64,000 bases of DNA from assembly GCA_964019335.1 (NCBI GenBank), contig OZ025693.1:1-64000 (forward strand), given 5' to 3'. A model generated the notes under the pieces. That model did no database searches. It was not told the DNA's origin and was given only the letters and a program-made list of their open reading frames with translations. This stretch comes from Diplonema japonicum (Eukaryota; Protista; Euglenozoa: Diplonemea). The position numbers and the translations under genes were made by a program. Positions 13,151 through 24,486 of the stretch are shown piece after piece. How positions within the stretch are numbered: position 1 is the first letter of the stretch; each line of letters begins with the position of its first letter.

Positions 13151-13668
13151 GATTAGGGGGTAGTGGAGTGGAAGGAAGAGGAAAGTGCTTGCAACTTTAC
13201 TATTTTCTTTCCCCTCTTTTTTTTTTTTTTTTTTTTTTTTCGAGTGACGAAGGACCCTAACCCTGGTTGGCTGCCACCCCCATCGTGGATTGGTAACAAG
13301 CGAAGCTTTGTGTTGCTTGAGCTTCTTTCTCTTTTTTTATTTCCTTTTCTTACCCTCCCCCCCCATCCGTGTCTTGTGCTTGTTTCGCCCGAGAAAAAAA
13401 AGAAGAAGAAAACGGTAATGGAAAGAAGTGAGCAAAAAGAAAAAAAAATAAGTGTGTGTTGTACCCTCCCCTTCCATTCTTTTCTTCCTCCTTCTTATAA
13501 AAAGAGAGAGGGATATAAAAAAAATATCTGCGTTACTATTATGTTGCCTTCGGGGGGAAATGAAAATGAGTGACAAAAAAAATATGAAGAAGAAGAACTT
13601 CAAAGTAGAAATGAAAAAAATTGAGGATAAAGGCGGGTAAAAAAAAAAAGAGAAAAACTTGCGGAGGT

Positions 13669-13704
<36 letters not shown>

Positions 13705-13825
13705 AAATGGGAAGGAATTGGAAAAAAAAAAAAAAAAAAGAAGAAAAAAAATAAGGTAGAGATTGACCAACAAAATGGAGAGAATGCAACTATGGTGCTT
13801 TAGACTTGGCAAAGCACAATTGAAG

Positions 13826-13882
<57 letters not shown>

Positions 13883-14045
13883 GCAACTTTTTTTTTTCTT
13901 TTTCTTTTTTTAAACGCCTACTGTTACCTGACTGGTTGGGGCTTCACTCCAACAGCAATGATGGCAGTGACAGAGCTTTCAAACATCCTTCATGCTGATA
14001 TCCTTTAAGGGCCTATCTTTTAAGTTGTCCTGTCTAAGCAAATCG

Positions 14046-14088
<43 letters not shown>

Positions 14089-14912
14089 AGGTCAGCGAAA
14101 TAAAGGACCGGCATAGCACCAAGGCAGCAATAGGGGGGTTTATAAAAAAAGAAGAAATAAAAAAAGTGGCAAGGGACTTCTAGACACTAAATTGAAACAA
14201 AGAGAAATGTACACTAGGGAAAAAAAAAAAAAAAAAGAAAAAAAAGAAAAACTGCTTTGGTCATACATCTCTAGAAACCCATGTGCGTGGCGGGGGGGCG
14301 AAAAGAAGGGAAAAAAAGGAGGAAAAAAAAAGAAAGAAAACTATATGATGGTGCGTGATTTTCCTTTGTTTTGCATAAATTGTAGCGAGTTCACCTCGGC
14401 CTGTCTCCTCTTTTTCCCCCCTTTTTTTTTGAAAAAAAAAAAAACTCACAACGTTGCCATCATTCCCTTGTATTTTTTTTTTTTTTTTTTTTTTTTGCTA
14501 ATTACAAAAAGAGAAGAAAACAAAAAATATTTTCATCAAAAGTCGTACGAATGGTGCTTTCGCTTCCTTTCCACCCCCCCCCCCCCCCCCGCGTGTTTCC
14601 CACCCCCTTCCCTGGAAGGGAAAGCCTCCAGAGGGGGGAGGGGAGGAGAATATAACCATTTTCCCCCCCCCCCCTTTTTTCTTCTTCTCGTTCTCCCTTT
14701 TAAAAAAAAGAGAAAAAAATACTTTCGTTATACTTTCAAAGAAAGAAAAGAAAAGAAAAGAAACTACAAAAAAAAAATCTTTTTTTTTTTTCGCCTTTTT
14801 TTTTTTCTTTTCTTTTTTACTATGATTGGTGAAGGTGTGAACAAACGGCCCATTTAGTTGACGGCTCTGCGTGGTTATCTGGAGCGCTGGGTTGCATGCC
14901 AAAAAAGTGGCC

Positions 14913-14954
<42 letters not shown>

Positions 14955-15580
14955 TGCTTCAGCTCGCAACGTGTTAGGACACGGTTGATTCTCAAAAAAA
15001 ATAATAAGAAAAAAAAAATAAAATGAGGGGGGAAAAAAAAATGCAGAAGACTATTCTCCGCGGTGGGTGAGTTCTCGGCTTTGTTTTCTTCCTTTAGAAA
15101 TAAAAAATAACAAGGGGGGGAGAAAAGTGAGGGACCAACCGCCGACTGCAATAAATATCTTTTCACTTTCTTTCGTCTTTAAGAGGGGTGAGGGGAAAGA
15201 CTTGCAGACCAAAGAAAAAAAATCACTAAAAAGAGGGATGTCTAGAGGGCTTACACAGGCTTCGTCATACTTTCTTCCTTTTCCCTTTGTTTTTTTTCTT
15301 CTTTATATATTTCCTTGTTGCTGGCCAATAAGTCCTCTATAAAAAAAAAATATTCTGCCCATTCTTTTTTTTTTTTTTTTTTTTTTTTTCAGTAACTTTT
15401 TCTTTCTTTCTTCTTTACTTTTTCTTTCATCTTTTTCTGTTTTTTTTTTTTTCCCACTTTTTTTTTTCTGACGAAACCATTCACGCTCTGGACTCCCCTT
15501 TTCCTTCCAATTCAAACTTTCTTTTTTTTTCTTCTTCTTTTTTTTCCTTGATCCGAGGGAAAAAGATATATAAAAAATAA

Positions 15581-16215
15581 TACCGGATTTGTATTTATAT
15601 TGTTCAGTTTTAATAATGGTCTGGGGATTTAGTGTACTGTATAAATTATGTACCTTTTTCGGATTTTGGACCCAACTTGGGACTTTTTACAGAACAATAC
15701 AAAAAACCAGAGTGCGCCTTCTTCTGACGAAGAAGCAGAAGAAGAAGAAATGCCTGACCAAGAAGCCTCAGCCCCAAGCCAAGCAGCGGCACCAAGCCAA
15801 GTGACCCCAAGCCAGCGAACGAACAACGTGACGAGGGTGCCCTGCCCCAACTGCAGCGCAACCCTCAAGCAGGTTAGAAAGGAGACCAGTGTGGGAGTGC
15901 ACGGAATGCTCGGGTGAGCATGACATGAGCACCCGCGGGAGGGTCTGCCCGTCCTGCGACTATGTGGTGTGCTTTACGTGCAGGACTGGGCAATAGTGAA
16001 CTAGAATTGAGGTAATACCACCCCCCCTCCCCGGCTGGGGGGTATTTTATTTTTGTCTTGGGATTTTTTATTTTTAGGGATATTTTCTGGGATTTTTTTT
16101 ATTTTTGTAATTTTTATGTTCTGTTTTAATGGTGTTCTGTAAATATTATGTCCTTTTTCGAATTTTTTGCCCAATTTGGGACTTTTCACATAACAATATA
16201 AGTACAAATCCGGTA
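15581..16215 (+). mobile_element. Non-autonomous Tc1/mariner-like DNA transposon (TA target duplication, 22-bp TIRs) carrying a frameshifted SQ-rich/Cys-rich coding remnant
   Basis: TA|CCGGATTTGTATTTATATTGTT (15583-15604) and AACAATATAAGTACAAATCCGG|TA (16192-16213), 21/22 inverted match; subterminal direct repeat ~15634-15708 vs ~16134-16211; internal PCPNC..WECTEC..CPSCDYVVCFTC. Confidence 0.8.
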
Positions 16216-16408
16216 ATAAAAAAAAAAAAACAAACAAAAATAAACAAACATTTCTTTAAAAAACTTTCCAACCTACCTCCCCGTCTCTCACCCTATAAAA
16301 GAAAAAAAAAAAAAAAAAAACACACTGTCAAAAAAAATAAAAAAAAAAAAAAAAAAAAAAATAAGAGAAACTTACCAAAACAAAAACTTTTTTTTTTAAA
16401 AAAAACCT

Positions 16409-17650
16409 TCAAGCGTTCAAAGAAATCCGAGGAGGGGTAGGGTTGTAGTGACTCGAGAGAGTATAAGCACGGGAGCGAACAGCAGGACGGTGTGCAGCCC
16501 GGGCCGGGGGGGAGGGGCGAGAAGTGAGCACCTTCTTCGACAGAGGGGATGGCACAGGTACCGGAGCGGAGGGGATCGTCAAGGGCGGGAGGGGGACCTT
16601 CATACACGGAGCTTCCCAAGCAGCCTCTACCCCAAGACCCTTAGTGGCCTCAGTCCACTCCTCTAGGACCCGTTGAATGTAGTCATAGTCAGGTTCATCC
16701 TCACAAAGCTTCAGCACATAACTGCTGAACTCAAGCATCTGTGGCCCCCCACCTCCAACAAGCAGCTGCACCTCATTGCAGTACATTTCCTTACTCTTTG
16801 CGATCCCCTCACTGTCCCTCATCCCGCCCCAAGGGAGCCCTCCCTTCAACATGTAGGTCAAAGTATAGACCAAGGATTCGAGATCATCCTTCCTCGAGCT
16901 GTGCATTCCCCTGTGCACCCCTCGTGACGCAAACCGAGGGGTTCCTGTGAAGGAGCCCGGCAGCATGTCCTTTGCCTGCTTGATAGGCTTTGCGAAGCCC
17001 AGGTCTAGCAGGTATACTTCGTTGTCTTTGATCGCAAAGTTTGCAGGTTTGATGTCCCTGTGCAGGCACTGCGCTTCATTGTGCAGCTTGCGCAGACAGG
17101 TGAACATCATCAACCCCAAGCGCGACACGGTGTGTGGGGTGAGCTTCGAGCTTTGTTGGCAAAGCACCTCCACATCAGGCCCCAGCAGCTCCAGAATCAT
17201 AAGCTGGACGTCCTTCCACTTCCCCGCCCAGTGCAGCACGGGTATTTTTAACCCCGACGACCTCCCCCTGCAGTGCACGTAGGCGTTCGCCTCCCTCTGC
17301 AGTTGCTTCATTTGCTTTTCCCCTTTCGCCGCTTTGATGGCCACACTCTGGCCGTTTCTATAAGTGGCCTTGAACACGTCACCGAAGGTCCCCTTGCCAA
17401 GCCTCGTGCGTATCTGGTACTGCCCGAAGATCTCGCTCCCGATCGGAAGTGCCTCCTCGTGCTGGATCACATTCTCCTGCACCTGCACATTGGGCAGCGC
17501 GGCGAGCCTCCTCCTGCCTACTTCGCAGTGTGCGTTCTGATTCACCCCAACACTATTGCTTTCTTGATGAGTAGAGTAGTGCATTTGTGCACAGCTATAG
17601 CTGCCGTGGTAACCTGATGGGGGGCATGGCAGCGACGGAGCAGCTTTCAT
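16409..17650 (-). CDS. CK1: Casein kinase 1 family Ser/Thr kinase
   Basis: LGKGTFG, VAIK, LELLGP, HRDIKPANF, DLGFAK, GTPRFAS, SRKDDLESLVY (CK1 signatures). Confidence 0.9.
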   Translation of the reverse strand: MKAAPSLPCPPSGYHGSYSCAQMHYSTHQESNSVGVNQNAHCEVGRRRLAALPNVQVQENVIQHEEALPIGSEIFGQYQIRTRLGKGTFGDVFKATYRNGQSVAIKAAKGEKQMKQLQREANAYVHCRGRSSGLKIPVLHWAGKWKDVQLMILELLGPDVEVLCQQSSKLTPHTVSRLGLMMFTCLRKLHNEAQCLHRDIKPANFAIKDNEVYLLDLGFAKPIKQAKDMLPGSFTGTPRFASRGVHRGMHSSRKDDLESLVYTLTYMLKGGLPWGGMRDSEGIAKSKEMYCNEVQLLVGGGGPQMLEFSSYVLKLCEDEPDYDYIQRVLEEWTEATKGLGVEAAWEAPCMKVPLPPLTIPSAPVPVPSPLSKKVLTSRPSPPARAAHRPAVRSRAYTLSSHYNPTPPRISLNA

Positions 17651-17789
17651 GGAGGGGAGGTGCTCCTATGATATTGAGGTTAAATTTCTTTTCGCCACCC
17701 ACCCACCCACCCACCCACCCACCCAAAAGAGCTCTCACGTTTTTCACACAACTAATAAAACACACTAAAAAGAAAGAAAAAAAACTGCT

Positions 17790-18476
17790 TTACCCATAAG
17801 GTATGGGGTGCTGGAAAGTGCCCAGCTGCTTGTTGGCCCACTTTGTGAATTTATCGGCCACGCGGTTGGGGGGCCGTACAGAAGCCTCGGGGGGGTACTC
17901 CAGAATACCTGGGAAGCTGCTCCCTGCAGGGTGAGGGAGTGTGGCATGGGGGGGGAGGGCTTGCTGCATGTAGGAAGTGACGACACTGGCACAGTCGGCC
18001 ACGTTGAGGGAGTGCTTGTTCCCGTAGAGAGGGAGGTGCACGTGGTGGTCGCACAGGGCAAGGGTCGAGGCATCGACTCCGTCCACCTCAGATCCCAGCA
18101 CCAGCACCACGCCGCGTGCAGCGGCCTTGTCCATGAAGGTTGCATCACTCATAAGGTCGCTGCAAGCGACGGACCTGCTGCTCGTCTCGACACCCACCAC
18201 CAGCACGTCTCGCCAGGTGCACCTCATGCGCTCCACCGCCCCTTCTGTTGTCATGCTCTTGAACACCGTGACGCACTCCTCAGCCCCCAGGGACCCCCTC
18301 ATCACCTTGCGCCCCACCACAGGTGTGATCCCCACAAGGCCCACCATCCCAGCACCATGCACCGCCCCTGACTTTATCACGTGCCCGACGTTCCTTGCTG
18401 ACCTCACATTTTCCAGTATGACACCATACCGATGCACAGCCCTCATCCTTTGGTGTCTGAAGTGTGCCATGTTCAT
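17790..18476 (-). CDS. SpoU/TrmH-family RNA 2'-O-methyltransferase (possibly the 3' exon of a gene starting at 18831)
   Basis: ILENVRSARNVG, LVLGSEVDGV, LPLYGNKHSLNVA SPOUT motifs. Confidence 0.85.
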   Translation of the reverse strand: MNMAHFRHQRMRAVHRYGVILENVRSARNVGHVIKSGAVHGAGMVGLVGITPVVGRKVMRGSLGAEECVTVFKSMTTEGAVERMRCTWRDVLVVGVETSSRSVACSDLMSDATFMDKAAARGVVLVLGSEVDGVDASTLALCDHHVHLPLYGNKHSLNVADCASVVTSYMQQALPPHATLPHPAGSSFPGILEYPPEASVRPPNRVADKFTKWANKQLGTFQHPIPYG

Positions 18477-18482
18477 TAACAA

Positions 18483-18831
18483 CTACTCGGTATCATTCCA
18501 CAGGTCGTCCATGCCCCACAGGCACACGCACCCGAGCAGGTAGAGGCCAGCGAACACCACAAACTGCAGCACTGTGAGGGGCACGCCAAGGGCGGCAGGG
18601 CCCTCCAGCTTGTGGAACACCATCGCGAAACCGACCAACAGAGCAGTGGCACGCCCCTAGGAAAGCATGTTCGTGTCAAGTAGTGCATACCGCGTCGACT
18701 CCTTCTTCTGCAGACTCCAAAACCTGCGTCATCATGAGCTGGCACAGCCCCCGTGCTGCCAGCATGTAGATCGCAGCATAAGCACCGTTCCTCCCCACGG
18801 TGGCAATCGTCCTCTCCTGTCCATCGTCCAT
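18483..18831 (-). CDS. Small membrane protein or N-terminal membrane domain (~104 aa); intron 18657-18690
   Basis: Not in the ORF track as such. ATG 18831 MDDGQERTIATV..; a 34-nt GTATGC..CCTAG intron restores the frame to hydrophobic ALLVGFAMVF and LTVLQFVVFAGLYLLGCVCLWGM; TAG at 18483-18485. Confidence 0.65.
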
Positions 18832-18998
18832 GCCTGTAGATCGTCTGAAGAAAAAAGAGACGTAGTAGCAACGGAAAAAAAAAAAAAAAAAAAGGCGATG
18901 TCACATGCAAACTCCGCGAGCCGCAGTCCCTAGAAGAAGGGGAGGGTATGCTAGTAGGCAGCTCTCAGGTCGGGTATCTCGGGTATCTTTCTTCACTC

Positions 18999-19649
18999 TC
19001 ACCCTTTGAACCCACGCTTGTACGTGACGGCGGCGACTCGAAGCCGACGGTTATGCTGCAAAAGAAGTTTGTTTAAAGACTCAAGCAGAGAGCTTCTGCT
19101 CCTTGGGGGGCAGGTCGGCGGCAGGAGGGGATAGAGGCAGGAGGAGGTGTCCGTCATGTGCGACGTCCCAATCAGCAGAAGCGACTTGTTCAGCGACTGT
19201 GCTTGTCTGATGTAAGCTGCCAGACGGTCCTTTGCCAAGGGTGCAGTCTCGGGGCAGACCACCACTAGGTACTTTGAGTGGTTCTCTGAAGGGTGCCTGT
19301 CGTAGGCCACGAAGTCCCCCCCGTACTTCAGGCCATCGAGTAAGTAGTAGCCGTTCCCAAGGAGGTACATCACGGCCGCCCTGGAGGTCACCGTCCCGTC
19401 ATCTTCGTCAGGGCACGCGATGTTCCTGCTGTACCATGTGACTCCGTTCCCTTCACGGCCTACCACGCCTTTGTCACTCAGCTCTGAGGCCGTTGTCTTG
19501 TTGCTTGGTAGCACAGTGCGCTTCACCCGATGTAGAGGCGCTTTAAGATGCTTCACCTTGTTCTGTACTCGAGACACCTTTCTTGGAAAAAAAAGCCTGT
19601 TGAAAGAACGCTGCGCCGCCTTAAGAATTAGTTTCATTGTTACGGCCAT
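18999..19649 (-). CDS. tRNA-splicing endonuclease catalytic subunit (Sen2/Sen34-like)
   Basis: GYYLLDGLKYGGDFVAYDRHPSENHSKY matches the catalytic Y/H signature of the tRNA intron endonuclease. Confidence 0.8.
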   Translation of the reverse strand: MAVTMKLILKAAQRSFNRLFFPRKVSRVQNKVKHLKAPLHRVKRTVLPSNKTTASELSDKGVVGREGNGVTWYSRNIACPDEDDGTVTSRAAVMYLLGNGYYLLDGLKYGGDFVAYDRHPSENHSKYLVVVCPETAPLAKDRLAAYIRQAQSLNKSLLLIGTSHMTDTSSCLYPLLPPTCPPRSRSSLLESLNKLLLQHNRRLRVAAVTYKRGFKG

Positions 19650-21039
19650 TTTCCCTTCTTTTTTCCTCCCCACGCCCTCTCGCCCTCTTGGACGTGATGT
19701 GGTTATTGTGTGAAATGAAGAAAAATGTAAAAGAAAAAAAAAGGCTGAGAGGTGGGGAGGGGAGGGGAAAAAAAGTGAACGGGGGGAGAAAAAAAAATAT
19801 AACGATACATAAAGGGTTGGGGGGAAATGGGCTCAGACACTTGCCTCCCCTCGGAGACTGGTTTCCCCCCCCCCCCCCCCCCCTTTTCTCTTCGTCTTTC
19901 CTTCTACTCTTTCGCATCATTATAACGTAATAGCCGGTAGGGCTTGCTGGGATGTAAGGGGCCCTCACTCTCTTGAATACACCTAGGATACTTATCCCAG
20001 CACCACCTTTCCCTTTCTTTTCCCTCTGTTTCTTCCCTTTCTTTCTCTTTGACTTCCGCTTCTTTCCTCTTTTTTTTCTTCTTTTTTTTTTTCAATGCAG
20101 CAGCATTTCCTGGATGGAAAGAGAAACAAAAAAAAAAAAAACCCATAGTATAATTTGGAAAAGTAAAAAAAAAGAGAGGAAAAAAAAAAAGAGAGAAATA
20201 AAGCAGAGTTATAAAGAAAAGGGGAGAGGTGGAAAAAAAAAAAAAAGTGAACAGGTACAAAGAAAAAAAAGAAGAACCTTATTTTTAAAAACAATTTTCA
20301 GGAAGAGAAAAAACTGGGGGGGGATCCTTGATACAAAAACAACAACAAAAAATTTAAACAATAAAAAATAATATAACTGAATAAAAAAAATTTCTTTACT
20401 TCCTTCCTCCCCCCCCCCCCCCCCCCACTTATGTATAACTTGTTAAAATCAATTTTTTTCTTCTGCCATTAAAAAAGGATGCCATATTTTCTCCCCCCCT
20501 GATGACACGAAAGCAAGGGGAACAAGAGAAAGGGGGGAGGGGGGACAGAGAAGCAGACTCAAGGGAGGGAGGGAAGATAAAAATACACCAATAAGCATGG
20601 AACTTAATAGTATTAAGGAGGGCGGTAAAAAAAAAAAAAAATGAGAAGAAGGAGCCTGCTCGCACTGGAGGGGTAGGGAGGGGACTGCACTCACTACGAT
20701 TTTCTCGCAAGATGTGCACCATTTTTTTTTTTCTCGCCAGAGGGGAGGGCGGGAGGCAATGATGGCAGGAGAAGTACAAAAAGACAGCCGCTGTGGGGAC
20801 CCCCCTACCGGGGAGGCTAGGTACGGAGATGGGGAAAGAAGAAAAAAAAAAAAAAGTTGTTTTACAAAAGGAAAAAAAAAAAGCCCCTCTTTTTTCAAAA
20901 AAAAAAAAAAATACCAGCTTTTTTTTTCTTGCGAAATTTCTTTGAGAGAAAAGGTGAGGGAAAAAGGAACGAAAGTCTTTTTCTTTTCTATTTCTTTTCT
21001 CTTGTTAAACGCGTAGCCTTGCGTCAGCCTTAAAAAAAG

Positions 21040-21162
21040 AAAGAAAAGAGGAACTAACCGTTGTTTGTACGTGCCGGGTAAAACCTGGAGACGTTTGTCA
21101 ACCCGAAACACGTTGCCAACGTTCCCCTTTTGTTTAGACAAGTCAAAGACTCGTTCTTGCAA
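21040..21162 (-). repeat. ~120-bp dispersed repeat, inverted copy of 55969-56090
   Basis: Reverse complement of gcaagaacgagtctttgacttgtctaaacaaaaggggaacgttggcaa..cacgtacaaacaacgg..agttcctcttttc. Confidence 0.85.
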
Positions 21163-21396
21163 AAAATAAATGCAGTCGTAAAAATACCTTATTTCCCCAT
21201 TAGAAAAACCATCTCTCAAAAAAAGAAAAAGAAAAAAAAAAAGCAGCCGTGACGGAGACAAAAAGAAATAAAAAGGGAAATATAAAAAAAAGGGACAGAT
21301 TGGCAAAACGGAACTTTTCTTTTTCTCTCTTTTTTTTTTTTTTTTCCCCGCTTCCTTTTCGTTCTTATTTTTTTGTTGATGATGATGAATGAAAAG

Positions 21397-21427
<31 letters not shown>

Positions 21428-21472
21428 AAAAAAGACAACCCATTCCTAACCCACAATTACTCCACATCCTTC

Positions 21473-23048
21473 TTAGACCTGCCCAGTCTCCTGTTCGTGG
21501 TGCCCGTGCACAACCTCCTTCCTGGGGGCAACACCAAGCTTGACGATCATCTGCTCAAACTCCTCCACATCGATGGTGCCGTCACCGTTAAGATCGTATT
21601 TCGAAAACATCTCGTTGACGGCCTCAGTGTCCACATCGTAAGTGGGGTCAGACTTACGTGTGGCCTTCACAGTACCCTCCACCTCATCGTAGTTGCCAGC
21701 AAGGTACCTCTCAAGCCTGACGGACACTGCCTCGACGAAGGCTTCAGTGGTGAGACCTGAAGGGCCCACCATGTCCCTAGTTGCCTCGCCTAGGCGGAAG
21801 GATGTGTGGACAGCCCGCCTCAGGTTCTTCGTGAAGCCAACGACTTCCTGCTCGGCCTCGCTACCCTTCAGGACTGCCGCGTGGTCCATAGCCCCCACAA
21901 TCGCCTCCAGCATCCCAAGCGGGTTGAATGAGGTCTCCTCGTTCCTTAGGTGTGCGTGCCAAAGGTCCGCCACTGTCCCGTGGCTTGCCTCGAACTCTTT
22001 GATGAGCGTACCGTCATCGTTCTTCCCAATCAAGTTCGACGTAATGAAGCCAGGGCTCCTGTGCACCTGCGCCACCTCGTCTGTCAGCATGTCACCGTCG
22101 TAGTTGTGTGCCGCCATCCCGAACCCGCCGTCCTGCCACCTGATGATCTGCATCGTGGCAGCATCGGAGATCAGGTGCTGAAGCTCGCCACCACACTTCT
22201 CGAGCAGCCCCTCTGCCTTGTACGCCTCGAGGTAGTGCTCGTCGAACACGCTCTTCATCTTCGCCCAGAAGGACTCCTGCCACTTGAACACCGTCTTCTT
22301 GGTCACCACGTACGGCACCACTTGCGCCTCCAGACACCTCTTGAAGAAGTGATGCGCAAGGTCCTCCACGTTGTCCAGCGGGTTGTGGTACACCACCGCC
22401 ACGTTGTCCTCGTCGTTGAGGTCACGCTGGTCGACAATCGCGAAGTCGTTCCTCACGCAGGTGGCCTCCTTCCCGCCCTCAAGGGGGTAGAAGGTCGTCA
22501 CAAGCTTTCCCTTCCCAACGGGTTTCCAGCCCGCGCCGTACTCACCCCCTACAGCGTGACGCTCGAAGAGCACAGGCCTCTTGTAGCCCAGCTCCACGCC
22601 TTCGATGTGGATGGTGTCCCTGCTGATGGTGATACCCTTCCAGCCCCTTCTCATCGCACCGTTGGGAGACCCCCAAGCTTTCTTGAGACCGAGCTCCTTG
22701 ACCTGGTCGGCCGTGGGAGTGATTGTGGGCTCCTTGAAAATGGCACCGAGCCTTTTCCCCGCCTCAACAGCATCTGCGAGCACCTGGTCCTCGGTCTCGT
22801 CTCTGCTCTTGCATGACAGGTCGTAGAATTCCCACTTGGTGATGTCCACGTGCGGCTTGATCCACTTGTCGAGCACGAGCTGCATGGAGTACCTCGTCAT
22901 CTCCTCGCCAGAGATGTACACCTGTGTTGTTGTTTAACATGTTGTTGCGCTTGCATACCATCTCAGGGGCGTCGACTTTCCCCTCGCTGGTGAGCCTCCT
23001 GAGGCCAGGCCTTGCGGCCCTCAGGTTGGTACAGAATGTCCGCAACAT
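21473..23048 (-). CDS. IDH: Type II (homodimeric) isocitrate dehydrogenase, predicted NAD-specific and mitochondrial, with C-terminal EF-hand; intron 22922-22958
   Basis: GEEMTR, KEPTITP, WGSPNG, ISDAA, NYDGDMLTD, EASHGTVADL; Arg-rich presequence MLRTFCTNLRAARPGLRRL; EF loop DLNGDGTIDVEE; 37-nt GTATGC..ACACAG intron. Confidence 0.93.
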
Positions 23049-23210
23049 CTTTTGGTTCAAATGGGATCTGCGGTGGTGATGGCAAGGCAGCAGCGCATTA
23101 AAAAAAAAAGAAAACCTTTATCTATTCAAAGCTATCGAAAAAGAAAAAATGCTGCTTTTCCTCCCTCCCCCCACACCCTGCTCGGAAGAACGGGTTGGTG
23201 CATAAGTGTG

Positions 23211-24454
23211 CTACATGTCTTCTTCATCCTCTTCGTCTTCCTCTTCTTCTTCTTCCTCGTCCTCTTCATCCTCCTCATCCTCCTCTTCTTCATCGCCTTT
23301 GTCGGACATTTCCACTTCGTCGAAACCGTCTTTGGCGTGTTTCTGTGGTAAGTGCCTGCCATCCCCTTGCATACCAAAGAGAGCGTGATGATGGTGGCGA
23401 TGACAGTGCCAACTATGGACAGGGACAGGATCACGATGGCGGCAATGAGGCCTGTATTTCATTCATTCATTCATTCATTTTTTTTTTTTTTTTTAAATCT
23501 CAAAAAACCTGCGGAATCGTCGTCTTCCTTGTACGCCACGTAAACGTCGCCCTGGGGGACCTCGTTGTCACGTTGGTACTCTGCAGCGACCAAGGACAGC
23601 TCGATGAAGTCGGTGGCACGACCCTTCGACACAGCACTCGCGTAGTGCTTCTTCACAATGGGCCTCCCATTTGTGGGTTTTATAGGTCTGTTGTTGCCCT
23701 TCAGGCTGTCGATGACATTCTCAAGCGCTGTGAGAAGCATCTCGTCGATGAAACGGACATCCTTGGCTACCATCCACCTAACTGTCTCGTGGCAGGGTGG
23801 GGTCGTCAGGCTGCCTTCGTATTCATAAAAGGTCTCCTCGGTCAAGTCCAGCCACAGCCTGTCGTACTCACCTCTCCCGTTGTTTCTTCTGAAATCCGTG
23901 CCGTATGTTGAGTTCCATGTAATGTGTGCAATGTCCCCGTTGCGGGGGACTCGGGACGACTGTTCTATCACATGCCTTACGATTCCAAAACCGCTTGCTG
24001 TGCCCGACGCATCAAAGAGAATGGAGATTACTACCTTAGGATGCCGTGTGTTTGGTAAGTATTGGATGTCTGCCGGTTCAAATACGAATTGTGCTTCAAC
24101 TTGGAACACCTCGCCATCGATGCTGTGTTCGCTGCCGCTGTGCAGGATGAGTTCTGCCAGAAGCATGTTTTCAGGCAGACCGGTTGATGACAGTATTGCC
24201 CTTCGTGATCTTATGTCTAGTTTGATGAGGCTGTCCTGGTGGGAGAGCGGTAGGCTTCCCTGTGTCATGATTGGTACCCACAGTATTGCAATTCCGTCTT
24301 TGGCGGTTTTCACGTGTTGCGTTTTTATGTTGATTGGGGATTGTTTGTCTGCCTCGCACTCTAAGCTCACCTTGTACCATTCTTTAGGCCCGAAGCTTTG
24401 TAGGCCGTCGTATCCCCACTGTGCTAGCGCTGCTGTTGCTATTATAACATACAT
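23211..24454 (-). CDS. Type I membrane alpha-carbonic-anhydrase-related protein, predicted inactive; introns 23452-23508 and 23343-23374
   Basis: Signal peptide, QSPINI, GSEH, YEGSLTTPPCHETVRW; splicing adds TM GLIAAIVILSLSIVGTVIATIITLSL and an acidic tail; Zn ligands altered (ELILH, EAQFV). Confidence 0.85.

Positions 24455-24486
<32 letters not shown>

Noticed and set aside
160-15580. Dozens of poly-Lys/poly-Phe ORFs here and in other spacers (e.g. 20449-21456)
   Set aside because: Artefacts of homopolymer runs that lack stop codons; no protein-like composition
18483-18485. Stop-codon reassignment or readthrough of TAG
   Set aside because: TAG, TAA and TGA all end other genes in the window normally; a 30-nt intron or two separate genes explains it more simply
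21950-22816. Long plus-strand ORFs such as the 288-aa one (also 23880-24686 and 25107-25895)
   Set aside because: Antisense shadows of GC-rich minus-strand genes
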